This document shows positions 9,668 through 20,700 of a DNA stretch of 64,000 nt, in pieces. The stretch's first letter is position 1. The number at the start of each line of letters is the position of its first letter. The notes below the pieces were generated by a model. It was not told the origin of the DNA. It saw nothing but the letters and a program-made list of their open reading frames with translations, and searched no databases. Origin of the DNA: an uncultured Gammaproteobacteria bacterium (GTDB lineage Bacteria > Patescibacteriota > Patescibacteriia > UBA11705 > JABHMO01); the NCBI GenBank assembly GCA_964565345.1, contig CAZMEQ010000002.1, positions 7,133-71,132 of the forward strand, given 5' to 3'. Both the position numbers and the translations under genes were made by a program.

Positions 9668-9700
9668 TACTCATTACCCGTTACTTATTATTTATTTTTA
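9600..9700. repeat. Short GTAAC/GTTAC-rich palindromic repeat element (copy A), inserted between the nrdD body and the glycyl-radical domain
   Basis: Minus-strand reading agtaacgggtaatgagtaatgagtaactgggttggttggttacttgttactagcatctggttactag. It aligns with the 60446-60516 copy: agtaacgagtaat, GGTTACT(G/T)GTTACT and CTGGTTACTA. Confidence 0.55.
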
Positions 9701-9701
9701 T

Positions 9702-11768
9702 TTAATTTAATATCTGTTTTTTGACGCTTCGAACGGCTTCGTCTGTATACCCCATTTCTTCATCACAATAAGGACAATACTCGTGTTCACCTTCTATATA
9801 ACCGTGCACAGGGCAGACACTAAAGGTGGGCGTAATAGTAAAATATGGTAAGCGAAAATTTTCGGCGATTTTTTTGACTAGAGCCTTAGTGCTTTCGGCA
9901 GAAGGCATCCGCTCTCCCACAAAACCATGAAGAACCGTCCCGCCTGTATAACGCGTTTGTAAATCGTCTTGCAAGCGTAGGGCTTCAAAAATATCGTCCG
10001 TATAACCAACAGGCAACTGTGTTGAATTAGTATAATACGGCGCAGCTTCACGTTCCTTAACAGCAGGCTCATTGGCCACAACAATATCCGGAAATTTTTC
10101 TTTATCCAAGCGCGCAAAACGATAGGCTGTTCCCTCGGCTGGAGTTGCCTCTAGGTTAAAAAGTTCATTTGTTTCATTTTGATAATCCATGCAACGTTCA
10201 CGCATAAAATCAAGAACTTCACGCGCGAACTTGTGGCCTTCTGGCTCCGAAATTGGCACTTTCAAAAGATTAAGGCAAGCCTCATTCATGCCATTTAAAC
10301 CAATGGTATTAAAATGATTTTTCCAATATTCACCGAAACGTTCTTTTATAGTATTCAAATAAAAACGAGAATATGGATAAAGACCGCCTTCAGTAAAACG
10401 CTCTAACGCGTTACGCTTAATTTTTAAACTTGTTTTAGCTAAATCCATCAAGACGCCTAATCGTTGTAAAAACTCTTCTTTGTTTTTTGATAGATAACCC
10501 AAACGCGCCATATTTACAGTGACCACACCAATTGAACCAGTCAATGGATTAGCGCCAAATAAACCACCGCCACGTCGTCTTAATTCACGATTGTCTAAAC
10601 GCAAGCGGCAACACATACTGCGCGCATCTTCTGGGCTCATGTCGCTGTTTACAAAGTTGGAAAAATAAGGAATGCCATATTTAGCAGTCATTTCCATTAT
10701 TTTATTAATAATGGGGGCCTCCCAATCCCAATTTTTGGTAACATTATATGTAGGTATTGGCCAACTTAAAACACGGCCTTTTCTATCCCCCTCTGTCATA
10801 ACTTCTATAAAAGCCGTGTTGAACATATCCATTTCTTTTTGGAATTCGCCGTAAGTTTCTTTCTGTGGTTCACCGCCACGAATAACAGCCTCCTTAGCTA
10901 AATTTGATGGTACAAATAAATCCAAGGTGACATTGGTAAAGGGCGTTTGAAAACCGACTCTAGTTGGAACGTTAATGTTAAACAAAAACATTTGGACCTG
11001 CTGTTTAACTTCGTCGTAGGTTAAATTGTCATAGCGGATGAAAGGCGCAACATAAGTATCTAAACTAGAAACCGCCTGAGCACCGGCCGCCTCGCCCTGT
11101 AAAGTATAGAAAAAATTAACCAGTTGACTTAAAGCAGTTGTAAAATGTTTAGGCGGTTTACTTTCAACTTTGCCTCGCACACCACCAAAGCCACGCAATA
11201 AAATATCTTTAAAATCCCATCCACAACAATATGGAGCTAAAAGCTGAAGATCGTGTATATGGAAATCACCACTGACATGTGCTTCACGAATGTCTGGTGA
11301 ATAAACCTTGTTTAACCAATAATTCGTACTAATACTAGAAGCCACATAGTTATTTAACCCTTGCAGTGAATAATCCATGTTGCTGTTTTCTTTTACTTTC
11401 CAATCGAGTTGGCTCAAATAGCTTTCCATGAGTTCATCAGAATTGATCATGCTTTGAATGTCTCGCATCTTGGAGTGCTGATCACGATAAACAATATACG
11501 CTTTGGCAACTTTTATTAACCTTTCTTCGATTAAAACTTCTTCAACTAAATCCTGAATTTCTTCGACCGCTGGGATAGAACGCTCATGAAATTTTTTATT
11601 CAAAAGTTCAACCACGCGATCAGACAAACGATCTGCGCGTTCTTGATCGGGTTCACCGACTGCGCGCATGGATTTAAAAATAGCTTGACCAATTTTTTCT
11701 TGTTCAAAGTCAACAATACGATCGTCGCGCTTTCGAATCTGAATAATTTTATTTGCTGTATAAACCAT
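9702..11768 (-). CDS. nrdD: Anaerobic ribonucleoside-triphosphate reductase, catalytic body ending after the Zn-ribbon Cys motifs
   Basis: N-terminal ATP-cone-like segment. Large class III RNR body. C-terminal CPVH...CPYC zinc-ribbon ligands. A stop follows directly after, so the glycyl-radical motif is absent from this ORF. Confidence 0.85.
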   Translation of the reverse strand: MVYTANKIIQIRKRDDRIVDFEQEKIGQAIFKSMRAVGEPDQERADRLSDRVVELLNKKFHERSIPAVEEIQDLVEEVLIEERLIKVAKAYIVYRDQHSKMRDIQSMINSDELMESYLSQLDWKVKENSNMDYSLQGLNNYVASSISTNYWLNKVYSPDIREAHVSGDFHIHDLQLLAPYCCGWDFKDILLRGFGGVRGKVESKPPKHFTTALSQLVNFFYTLQGEAAGAQAVSSLDTYVAPFIRYDNLTYDEVKQQVQMFLFNINVPTRVGFQTPFTNVTLDLFVPSNLAKEAVIRGGEPQKETYGEFQKEMDMFNTAFIEVMTEGDRKGRVLSWPIPTYNVTKNWDWEAPIINKIMEMTAKYGIPYFSNFVNSDMSPEDARSMCCRLRLDNRELRRRGGGLFGANPLTGSIGVVTVNMARLGYLSKNKEEFLQRLGVLMDLAKTSLKIKRNALERFTEGGLYPYSRFYLNTIKERFGEYWKNHFNTIGLNGMNEACLNLLKVPISEPEGHKFAREVLDFMRERCMDYQNETNELFNLEATPAEGTAYRFARLDKEKFPDIVVANEPAVKEREAAPYYTNSTQLPVGYTDDIFEALRLQDDLQTRYTGGTVLHGFVGERMPSAESTKALVKKIAENFRLPYFTITPTFSVCPVHGYIEGEHEYCPYCDEEMGYTDEAVRSVKKQILN

Positions 11769-11999
11769 AGTTTTTCTGATTTATTTATCCCCCCTAAATT
11801 TAATTAACTGACACAGGGACTAAAAAAATAGCCCCTAAAAAATCTTGCTTTGCAGCGAAATTCTTGTCTCTATTGTACCTTATTTTGAGGGACACAAGCA
11901 ACTTCCAAATTTTATATTTTCAAACCACTAAAATTATTAAAAATTATGTGTCGACAAACATGTTTTTTGCAATAAAAATTTTTACTGTGGATAAGTAAA

Positions 12000-12041
12000 A
12001 AAACACGGTGGGGAACAAAATTTTTTGTTCCCCACCGCGAG
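12000..12041 (-). terminator. Rho-independent terminator downstream of ftsZ
   Basis: Perfect inverted repeat ggtggggaacaaaa/ttttgttccccacc followed, on the minus strand, by a run of T. Confidence 0.6.
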
Positions 12042-12084
12042 GCATATACTTGTAGTCAGTAGCTCCAAAGGAAGGAGCGTAGGA

Positions 12085-13356
12085 CTACATCATCTTTCTT
12101 CTTATAAAAGCTGGAATTTCTAAATCCTCATCATCGCTAGCTGAGGCCGTTCCAGGCTGAACGACCATATCTTCTGGCCGTATCTTGTCTGGATCTTCTG
12201 GTGGTTGAGGAGCCAAAGTGCTTTGTTCTAATTTTTTAGCGTCAAAGTCCAGGCGTGGTTCACGTTTTTCGGGCGCAGTAGCAGAACTTAAACTGCTAGC
12301 CTGGCTAGCTGGAGCAGCAGGCGCCTCCTTTTTAATCGGAGCAAAATAATTTGGAGTTGATGGTTGCATAGCATTAACGCGAAGCAAATGACTTTGTACC
12401 CCGGGTTGATCAAATCCCGTTGCCACCACCGTTATCTTAATTCTATCCTTTAAATTTTCATCGACTACTGCGCCGAAGATAATACGAGCATCACTGTCAA
12501 CTGATTCAGTTATAGTTTTCGCAGCCTCGCTCACTTCGTACATTGTTAGATCTGGTCCACCGGTAATTGTAAATAAAATGCCTTTTGCACCTTCAATGGA
12601 CACCTCTAATAATGGACTGGCAATAGCGGCCTTAGCGGCTTCAATGGCACGATTGTCCCCTTGAGCTTCGCCCATACCCATTAGGGCTGAGCCACTATTT
12701 TCCATAATTGTTTTAACATCAGCAAAGTCCACGTTAATCAAACCAGGCAAAGTGATAAGCTCAGAGATTCCTTGAACACCTTGGCGTAAAACTTCATCAA
12801 CAACACCAAAAGCTTCAATTAAAGGTGTTTTTTTATCAATAATTTGCCAAATTCTATCATTAGGAATAGTAATCAAGGTGTCAACCTTAGTAGCCAACTC
12901 TTTTAAGCCTTCTTCGGCAATACGTTTACGTGGACCACCTTCAAATGAAAAAGGTTTGGTAACTACTGCAATCGTTAAAGCCCCCATCTCTTTGGCAATT
13001 TCGGCGACCTTAGGACCAGCTCCAGTTCCCGTACCACCACCAGAGCCATAAGTAATAAAAACCATATCCGCCCCTTTTAAAATTTCGCGGATTTCATTCT
13101 GAGCCTCCTCCGCAGCCTTACGCCCCACCGCAGGATTCATACCTGCGCCCAAACCACGAGTTGTGCTTTTGCCAATATGAATTCTTTCGGGCGCTAAATT
13201 AGACTGTAAAGCCTGTAAATCTGTATTAAGCGAAATGAACTCAACGCCCTTAATCTTGGCCTGAATCATTCGGTTGATAGCAGAATTACCGCCACCGCCG
13301 ACACCGACGACTTTAATTTTGGCATAAGTTTGTATCTCTGGTTTGACTTCTGGCAT
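12085..13356 (-). CDS. ftsZ: Cell division GTPase FtsZ
   Basis: [13 protein letters not shown] and the tubulin signature [13 protein letters not shown]-terminal Pro/Ala-rich tail. Confidence 0.95.
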   Translation of the reverse strand: MPEVKPEIQTYAKIKVVGVGGGGNSAINRMIQAKIKGVEFISLNTDLQALQSNLAPERIHIGKSTTRGLGAGMNPAVGRKAAEEAQNEIREILKGADMVFITYGSGGGTGTGAGPKVAEIAKEMGALTIAVVTKPFSFEGGPRKRIAEEGLKELATKVDTLITIPNDRIWQIIDKKTPLIEAFGVVDEVLRQGVQGISELITLPGLINVDFADVKTIMENSGSALMGMGEAQGDNRAIEAAKAAIASPLLEVSIEGAKGILFTITGGPDLTMYEVSEAAKTITESVDSDARIIFGAVVDENLKDRIKITVVATGFDQPGVQSHLLRVNAMQPSTPNYFAPIKKEAPAAPASQASSLSSATAPEKREPRLDFDAKKLEQSTLAPQPPEDPDKIRPEDMVVQPGTASASDDEDLEIPAFIRRKMM

Positions 13357-13384
13357 ATCTTTTAAAAGTTATAAGCGAGATAAG

Positions 13385-13450
13385 CGAGATAAGCCTCAAT
13401 TCTTAATTTGCTTATCCACTTACTTACTTAACTAGCTTACTTTTTCGTTT
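13385..13450. repeat. Intergenic hairpin element with tandem 9-mers (ATAAGCGAG x2-3) and an opposing CTTAC-rich arm. Possibly a diverged relative of the GTAAC elements.
   Basis: ataagcgagataagcgagataagc ... gcttatccacttacttacttaactagcttac between ftsZ and ftsA. Confidence 0.3.
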
Positions 13451-13468
13451 CTCCCTCCCTTTTATATA

Positions 13469-14725
13469 TCATGATATTAAATTTTTAAACCATCCTTTAA
13501 CTTTATCAGCCGCTTCTTTAACATTATGAAATTTATGCGCAAAACTGAACTTACCGCCACCCTTTTCACTTAAAACGCTATAACCCCACATAACCAAGCC
13601 TAGGGCAGTTGAAAAAGAAACATCATGAACCTTATCTACCGCGGTATTAAAACGTTTATTACTTCCCAACGCAACAGGCAACATGGTTTTCTTTTTTCCT
13701 ACTTCGATCATGCCTGGCAATTTTGAACCCCCACCTATAAGGACTAGCCCCGCAGGAAGTAATCCACTTCTGTTAATTTTTTGTAACTCTAAATCGACTT
13801 TCTGAAAAATTTCCTCTACACGAGCCTCAATAATTTCGGCGATATATTTTTTAGAAAAGGTTTGATCTTCTCCACCATAGTCTCGAAGGTTTACTTCCTC
13901 TTCTTTGTTAAATTCTTTAACTAAGGCGCTTCCAATGTCGAGCTTGATGCGTTCGGCCACATCTAATGATGTTTGCAGCCCAATGGCCAGGTCAGCGGTA
14001 ATATGGTCAGCCCCAAGAGGTAAAATAGAGACATGGATGACATCGCCTTCTTCAAAAACAATTAATTTGGTTGTCGCCGCGCCAATGTCTACCAAAGCGA
14101 CCCCTAACTCTTTTTGCCGCACAGAGAGGACAGCCTCACTGGCCGCTAAAACGGACAGAACTAAATCATTAATATCTAGACCAGTACGATAAATGCTTTT
14201 AGTTAAATTTTTTATTTGTGAACTAAGTCCACGTATAACTTGGGTTGTCACTTCGAGCCGAATACCGCTCATGCCAATCGGATCTTTAACACCTGTTTGA
14301 TTATCAATTGAAAACGATTTTGGGATAACGTGTAAAACCTCGTAATTTACTGGCGCTGCTACGGCTCGGGCCGCCTCTATCACACGACCGACATCATTCT
14401 CTTGTATTTCGCCATTTGTTCTGGCGATGGCAATGACACCATTGCTTTCTTGCGAATTGATGTGCACACCGCCCAATCCAACCCAAACATTTTCAATGGG
14501 CAGACCGATCATCCGCTCTACTTTTTCTAGTCCGGCCGAAATGCTCGAGACAGTGTCCTCAATGCTAACAACCGAGCCCTTATTCATCCCTAGAGCCGGA
14601 ACTTCAATGACACCGATCACATTTAATTGCTCGTTATCACTATTATTATTTTTACTTAGCTGACCGACTACAATTCGGATGTTGGACGAACCGATATCAA
14701 GGCCAGCGATGATGTTTTCTGCCAT
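13469..14725 (-). CDS. ftsA: Cell division protein FtsA (actin-like ATPase)
   Basis: MAENIIAGLDIGSSNIRIVVG phosphate-1 motif. Actin-fold segments. Located upstream of ftsZ. The ORF track extends 7 codons further, to 14746. Confidence 0.9.
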   Translation of the reverse strand: MAENIIAGLDIGSSNIRIVVGQLSKNNNSDNEQLNVIGVIEVPALGMNKGSVVSIEDTVSSISAGLEKVERMIGLPIENVWVGLGGVHINSQESNGVIAIARTNGEIQENDVGRVIEAARAVAAPVNYEVLHVIPKSFSIDNQTGVKDPIGMSGIRLEVTTQVIRGLSSQIKNLTKSIYRTGLDINDLVLSVLAASEAVLSVRQKELGVALVDIGAATTKLIVFEEGDVIHVSILPLGADHITADLAIGLQTSLDVAERIKLDIGSALVKEFNKEEEVNLRDYGGEDQTFSKKYIAEIIEARVEEIFQKVDLELQKINRSGLLPAGLVLIGGGSKLPGMIEVGKKKTMLPVALGSNKRFNTAVDKVHDVSFSTALGLVMWGYSVLSEKGGGKFSFAHKFHNVKEAADKVKGWFKNLIS

Positions 14726-14837
14726 ACAATTTTCTGAACAATACAATTGGTCAACAACAGCGCATTGTTAACACTTTCTCTTATTTAATTATAGTATAAA
14801 AAGTTCTAGACTCCAACTATTACTAGTGATAATGCAA

Positions 14838-14870
14838 AAAGGCCTTATTTAAGGTCTTTTTTTATCCTTT
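14838..14870 (-). terminator. Intrinsic terminator-like hairpin downstream of dgkA (end of the long minus-strand operon)
   Basis: aaaaaggccttatttaaggtcttttttt. A GC-containing stem with flanking A-runs and T-runs. Confidence 0.4.
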
Positions 14871-14878
14871 TGCACAAA

Positions 14879-15244
14879 TTATGAGTTCAGTTGTAAATAG
14901 GGCAAAAAAATAATTAAACCCAAAACAACAGCCGACAAAGCAGCCACCAAAACCATTCCTGACAGGATGTCTTTTATTTCGCCCACGTAAGGATGCAATC
15001 GTGGCTTGAATAAATCGACTAATCTTTCAAAAACAGTATTCAACATTTCTAAAATAAAAATTAGTGCGATCATCATAATAATAATCGCCCATTGCCAAGC
15101 CCTAATATTAAAATAAAAACTAAAAAATAAAACAAAAAACGCTGCCAAAAGATGCAGTTTAAAATTTTGCTCTTTCTTTATCAACATTTTGAGCCCAGAA
15201 AGCGCATGTTCAAAACTTCTAAATAATCTATTCAACTTAAGCAT
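14879..15244 (-). CDS. dgkA: Diacylglycerol kinase family membrane protein
   Basis: 121 aa with 3 TM helices. ILEMLNTVFERLVDL resembles the DgkA E..LNTAIE..VD core. Confidence 0.6.
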   Translation of the reverse strand: MLKLNRLFRSFEHALSGLKMLIKKEQNFKLHLLAAFFVLFFSFYFNIRAWQWAIIIMMIALIFILEMLNTVFERLVDLFKPRLHPYVGEIKDILSGMVLVAALSAVVLGLIIFLPYLQLNS

Positions 15245-15656
15245 AAAATTTATTTAGGATTTTTTCTTCGAGTCTCTCCATTATAACTGCTTCTGTATTT
15301 TTGATGTGATCATAACCAGATAAATGGAGATAACCATGGAGCACAAGACGCAAGATCTCTTTTTCTAAACTGTGTTTTAATTCTCTAGCTTGTTTTTGCG
15401 CCCGCAGAGAACAAATAATTATCTCACCTAGCAGAGCATCTTGTGTGTTATCTTCAAAAGAAAGCACGTCTGTAACAGCAGCCTTATGCCGATACATATC
15501 ATTCATTCTTTTGATACTCGCTGGCACTACAAAAGCTAATGAGACCTGCTTATGACCTTTTTGGAGTATTGTTTTTTGGGCCAGATTTAAAATAGCGCTT
15601 ATCTTTTTTTGCGGAACACGAATTGCCGTTAAATTATTAATTTCGACCGATACCAT
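15237..15656 (-). CDS. ybeY: rRNA maturation endoribonuclease YbeY
   Basis: HGYLHLSGYDH metal-binding motif (HGxLHLxGYDH). Confidence 0.85.
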   Translation of the reverse strand: MVSVEINNLTAIRVPQKKISAILNLAQKTILQKGHKQVSLAFVVPASIKRMNDMYRHKAAVTDVLSFEDNTQDALLGEIIICSLRAQKQARELKHSLEKEILRLVLHGYLHLSGYDHIKNTEAVIMERLEEKILNKFYA

Positions 15657-15666
15657 AGGCTCGCGA

Positions 15667-17154
15667 CTAAGGGCGGATTAGCTGAGCTAATTCTCCGGTA
15701 CAGGTATCTGTTCGACTTATAGCGGTTTCAAAATTCTGTTCTGGATTATAAGTGCACTTCATAATTTTTCCAGCCCAGGCTGCCTCTGGATGTTTGGTAA
15801 AACGGGCAGAATAAACGCAATTACCTCCCTCCCTACCTCCGACACTGATTTCGTATGTAAGATTGTCAGCGAGCTTAAAAATCCCAATTACTGGTTCACA
15901 AGTTTCAAAAGAATCATAGAAGCAGGCTGTATTACCACAGGGGAATTCTGTAACAACCTTTTTATTATCAACCAAAACAGGAACCCCCAAAGACTCCATA
16001 ATACCCGCAAAATTGACGGCTGGAGCAGTGGCAACTGGCTCTATAACACCAAACTCAAAGCTATTTACCATCATAGCAAAAAGACCAGGGTAATTGGCTT
16101 CTTCATTCAATCCGATATTATAATTAATAATATAGACTCTAGTTCCATTAGCAACATAGGCAGTAAAACCATCAGGGCTTTCAATTACAGCGTTTTTCTT
16201 ATAGTTTTGGTATTTCTTTAGCTGAGTTGCGCTAATGCTTGGTGCTCTTTCTAAATACCAAGCATCCAATGTTTGTTCGGCTGGTTTTGTATCTACAAAA
16301 ATGTTTACGAACTCATTGCCCTTTGAGGTAAACATAACCTCTTTGGGATCATTTTCTTTTAAAGGACTAGCTAACCAAGTTGAGGGATATAACAATTTAT
16401 AACCATAGCTAGTATTCTCGTATGCTTTTGCAAAACCCTCTTCGTTTATTCTAGTACTACCGGCCTTAATTGGGCTGTAAAAATTTTTCATCTCATCGCC
16501 ATCGCGGTAAGTATCTTTGTCTGTGTCATTCATGTTTGGATCCGTACCGATCAATGCCTCCTCGGCATCAGTTAGCCCATCTTTATCTTTATCTAGGCTG
16601 GCCATTAAAGATAATGAAACATCACTTAATTTACTTGGATCAAAATTAATTTTTTCTTCGACTGCTGGTTGTTCCGTGGGAATGTCAACTGGTGGTGGGG
16701 TGTTCTCGTCCGGCTGAGCTGCCTCCTCTGTGGCAGGCTCTTCGACAACAGGCTGTTCTTCAACTACGGCCACCTGGTCTTCAACATTAACGTTTTGATT
16801 ATTGGCTGGTGCTTGATAGCTGGCATATAACAAGTAAGCCGAAATACCAACGACCAAAACTAAGACCACAATAATGGCGATGTTCATGATCTTTTTTTTG
16901 CCAGCTGGCGCACCTGAAGTTTGATAGGCCGGCGCCGTTGGTGCGGCTGACTGCATCACTGCTGGTTGTGGCCCTTTGGGGATATTAGCTGTTTTCCCGC
17001 CAGTATAATAGTCCATCGGCATAGTATGAATTTCTTCTGACCCAGACGTGGCTGTTGGCGCAGTTGGTGCGGGTGGCGCCACATTGGGAGTAGTCTGGGG
17101 CGCTGGGGTTGGTTGTACTGGTGGTGCTGATTGTGTATTTACATCATCAAACAT
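15667..17154 (-). CDS. Hypothetical exported protein, Pro/Thr/Ala-rich N-terminal region, with one DxDxDG calcium-binding motif
   Basis: 495 aa. Low-complexity PAPQTTPNVAPPAPTAP region, then a TM helix (IAIIVVLVLVVGISAYLL). DKDKDGLTDAEE. Confidence 0.5.
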   Translation of the reverse strand: MFDDVNTQSAPPVQPTPAPQTTPNVAPPAPTAPTATSGSEEIHTMPMDYYTGGKTANIPKGPQPAVMQSAAPTAPAYQTSGAPAGKKKIMNIAIIVVLVLVVGISAYLLYASYQAPANNQNVNVEDQVAVVEEQPVVEEPATEEAAQPDENTPPPVDIPTEQPAVEEKINFDPSKLSDVSLSLMASLDKDKDGLTDAEEALIGTDPNMNDTDKDTYRDGDEMKNFYSPIKAGSTRINEEGFAKAYENTSYGYKLLYPSTWLASPLKENDPKEVMFTSKGNEFVNIFVDTKPAEQTLDAWYLERAPSISATQLKKYQNYKKNAVIESPDGFTAYVANGTRVYIINYNIGLNEEANYPGLFAMMVNSFEFGVIEPVATAPAVNFAGIMESLGVPVLVDNKKVVTEFPCGNTACFYDSFETCEPVIGIFKLADNLTYEISVGGREGGNCVYSARFTKHPEAAWAGKIMKCTYNPEQNFETAISRTDTCTGELAQLIRP

Positions 17155-17165
17155 AAGATATAAGG

Positions 17166-17753
17166 TTATTGATTTGTATTTAATTGTTGCAAAGCCTCTT
17201 CGAAATTAAGCAACTTCCCCGCCCCACGTGGGTTATAACCAGCCTTCACTTCTTCTCCATCTAAAAAACCATCACCGTCTGAATCAGAAGCAAGTGGATC
17301 GGTTAAAAAATTCTTAACTTCGTCATAATCAGATAAACCATCATTATCTGTATCGCTCTTGTTGGGGTTAGTTTGTAAGATAATTTCCTCTTCCCGAGGC
17401 AAACCATCATTATCATAATCATCAACAGTCTCGATGCGTGGAGCGACAAAAACCTCTTGTTCTGGAACCACCACGGCTTCTTCCACCTCAATTTGAGTTA
17501 TTATGTCGGGCACAACTTCTTGTTTTTGGAATAGCCCAAACTGTTTAATCATAATAAAAATTACTCCACACAATATGGCTACCATTAAAAACAAACCAAG
17601 GCCGATAAATATTTTTTTGTTACTGCTAGGTGGAGTAGAATTCGTTGGAATCGTTCCTAGCGCTGGATTATTGTACATTAAATTACCCGGCACATTCTTG
17701 GGTGCTTTGTCGACTGCTTGAAAAATATCTTCGATTTGGTTATCGGTAGGCAT
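17166..17753 (-). CDS. Hypothetical membrane-anchored protein with three thrombospondin-type-3-like DxDxDG repeats
   Basis: TM helix (IFIGLGLFLMVAILCGVIFIMI). DYDNDGLPREEE, DTDNDGLSDYDE and DSDGDGFLDGEE. Confidence 0.5.
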   Translation of the reverse strand: MPTDNQIEDIFQAVDKAPKNVPGNLMYNNPALGTIPTNSTPPSSNKKIFIGLGLFLMVAILCGVIFIMIKQFGLFQKQEVVPDIITQIEVEEAVVVPEQEVFVAPRIETVDDYDNDGLPREEEIILQTNPNKSDTDNDGLSDYDEVKNFLTDPLASDSDGDGFLDGEEVKAGYNPRGAGKLLNFEEALQQLNTNQ

Positions 17754-17754
17754 A

Positions 17755-20700
17755 TTAGTAATTTAACTCATCTTCATCTGGTGGTGGAGGCGGTGGAAGC
17801 GTAGTGAACTTAGACATTAAATTCTTGAGCTTTGTTTCTAGTTCTGCTGTACTCCCCTGCATCCAAATTCCTTGATGATTTATATCATTTATACAAACAG
17901 AAGGTTCCGTGGTTGGCGCAATACAAACATTATTAACACAAGCATTAGAACAACTTGTTGAACTTACACAAGAAGCGCAATCAGTATTCGCCGTACACGC
18001 CTGTCCAGCACACAGGCCATGGTAACGATACCAAAAGTTAAAATTACTGACTCCTAACGCGCCTGTTTTAATATAAATAAAGTGTATCGGTATTCCTCTT
18101 GCATTAGCAGCTGTAATTGTCGCCGCTCTACTTTCGGGATTATAGGTATCATCAGCATCAGTGATAACAATGTAAACAGTTTGATCATAATCGACAGACG
18201 CTCCTGCTTTTGTCATCTTAGTATCATACACATTTAATGCATCCATAAAAACATTATCTATTCTCAAGGCCATATACGCATTCCCATCATAGATGTAAGG
18301 TGAACTACACACTGGGGCAGCACCACTACAAGTTCCCGAAGAACAAACGTTAGAAGAACATTGGTTGGCTTGTGTACAATAATTATACACACATCTTCCC
18401 GCCCCACCACAATTATAAGTTGCGTTACATGTTGCTATGTCTTGCGTTTTAACGCAGTTCTCCCAACCATTTGCACAATCCAACCAACCCAAGAAATGGT
18501 CAGCCTGACCGGCAGGAAAATATGCCCTTCTGGCATCTTCCGTCGGACTAGTTTTTGATGTCCCCAAGACGAAATAGGCATTATTGCCCATAACGTCACG
18601 GATTCCATCAATATGTGTGCAACCTGGGGCACCAGGAATACAACCAGCCGGAGTATCTATTCCATTAACAATTGAAAGAATTAAATCTTGATGAGCCATT
18701 TCTGGATCATGATCTTGCCATCTCATACTGCCGCTCGTATCAACAAAAAAGGCAAAAAGAACTTTTTTAGTTTCTTTATCATCATACTCACTTGAACAAG
18801 CTTTGTCACAAGTTGCCTCATTTGAACCATCTAGTTTACAGTAATCAATGTCGCCATCGCCGTCGTTATCCTGTCCGTCATTACATTGAGCTGGATAAAC
18901 CTCTGACTTGTGTGTCGACTTTTGTACACCATTCTCTTGGCAGCTATAATCTTTTTCTAACCAATTTACTGGCTGACCAGCGGCTTTATCGGCCAAGCAC
19001 TGTTGTTTTGTTTTCCCAATACCATTAATACAACAACCATCCCAATCACAACGCCCATCACCGTCATTATCAAGTCCATCTTTACAGTGATAAGGGTAAT
19101 CTTCTGTTTCGTCGCTAGAACTCGAGCAACCTTCATCATTTGGATAGTCGATTTTGCCATTTTTATCATTATCAATTCCATCCATACACTCGGGAGCGTC
19201 ACCTGGAGTCTCTGGAATTTCTTCTGGATCCTGCTTTATAGCATCCCAACCCACATTTGAAGTTTCTATGAGTGGAACATATTTATAATTTAACTGTGGT
19301 TGTTCGTAATAAACGCGTAACCGGTATTTAGTATAATCAAGATCATTTACTTCGTAAGTATAGGTTAAATTCTTCCCATAATCTTTATCAGTCTTATCCA
19401 ATATGGAATAATATCCATACAATGAATCGAATGTTTGAGTAGAACTGTTATAACAAGCTCTATTATCATAAACATTAGAACATTCAACACAGGACATCCC
19501 CGGAATAGCACATTGTTCGTCCGAACCACAGGCCAACGGATTAGAATAAACATCGGTACCGCATAAAACTGGCTTTGAAATATTATCACAAATACAATTA
19601 GTTTCTTGCTCCTGGCAGGCCGTTGTGGTTCCACTCAAGAAGCACTGTGGCTGTGGTGGGACATTATACAAAGCATTAATTGGATCTACCGGCATGTCGA
19701 AACCAATAGCCTTGGACAACTCATTTTTCCAGGAATCCCAAACGCTGTTGGAGAAGTGTCGTTGGAGAGTTCCAGATTCAAGTTGTGGCACATAACCGTT
19801 ATTTTGGGCTTTATAAACTTTTAGATATTCGTGCATCAACACAAAATCTTGTAAACGCTTTGTATCTCTAATTACCTTAAGTTTGTTAACATTTTCAGCA
19901 TTCAAAACATTCATGTTGAATTTTAAGAACTCAACCATTTGCCCAAAGATGTTTTGTGTGGCCGGATTAGAATTTTGTGAATAACTTAGAAGATAAATGT
20001 TGTTGTAAACATTGTTACCATTAACATTCGCGGCTGAAACATAAATTGTTCGTCCATCTTGAGTCCCGGCATAACAAAATTCACCAAAGCTGTCATACAA
20101 ACAATCGGATTTAGTTTCGGGCACAGAAGCCGCTGGATTTGGTGCGTACCGCTTATACCACAAACTCGGTGGCAACGCTTCTGGATTTTCGTATATGCGC
20201 AATGAGATTGCGTCTGGCACCATGTCGTTAGTACTCGGATAGTCCATATCATCCTTGCGGACAAAGAAATATTGGGCAAACAAAGCGGGGCTTTCCCACC
20301 CATCATTTGCCGAGGTGCATTTATGATCTTTAGTATCAATTAACCCGTTGCCATCATCGTCAACACCATTGCTACATTGATTTTCGACGTCGACATTCAA
20401 TTCTTGCCAACCTGAATTATCGCCATAGAAAATGCCTTTTTGTTTGGCGATATCTGTTATATTGTGGTGTTTAAATTTGAAACTTCCGCCATCTGGCAAA
20501 CATTGTGAAGTTATATTTACACAAGTACAACCTGGTTGATTCTTAACACAAGAAACCGGAGTACAATATTCAGCCGAATAATCAGCTGTACACTTGAAGG
20601 CGCCAATACCGTTGTTGGAATTAGTATCAGTATTAAAGGTCCAAGCAACGGCGAGACCTGTTTCTTCGTCAGTCTTTATAGCACTTGGTGTTTTTTCCCC

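Noticed and set aside
11770-12000. Riboswitch or NrdR box upstream of nrdD
   Set aside because: AT-rich leader with no recognisable conserved riboswitch core or NrdR palindrome by eye. Not claimable without a covariance-model search.
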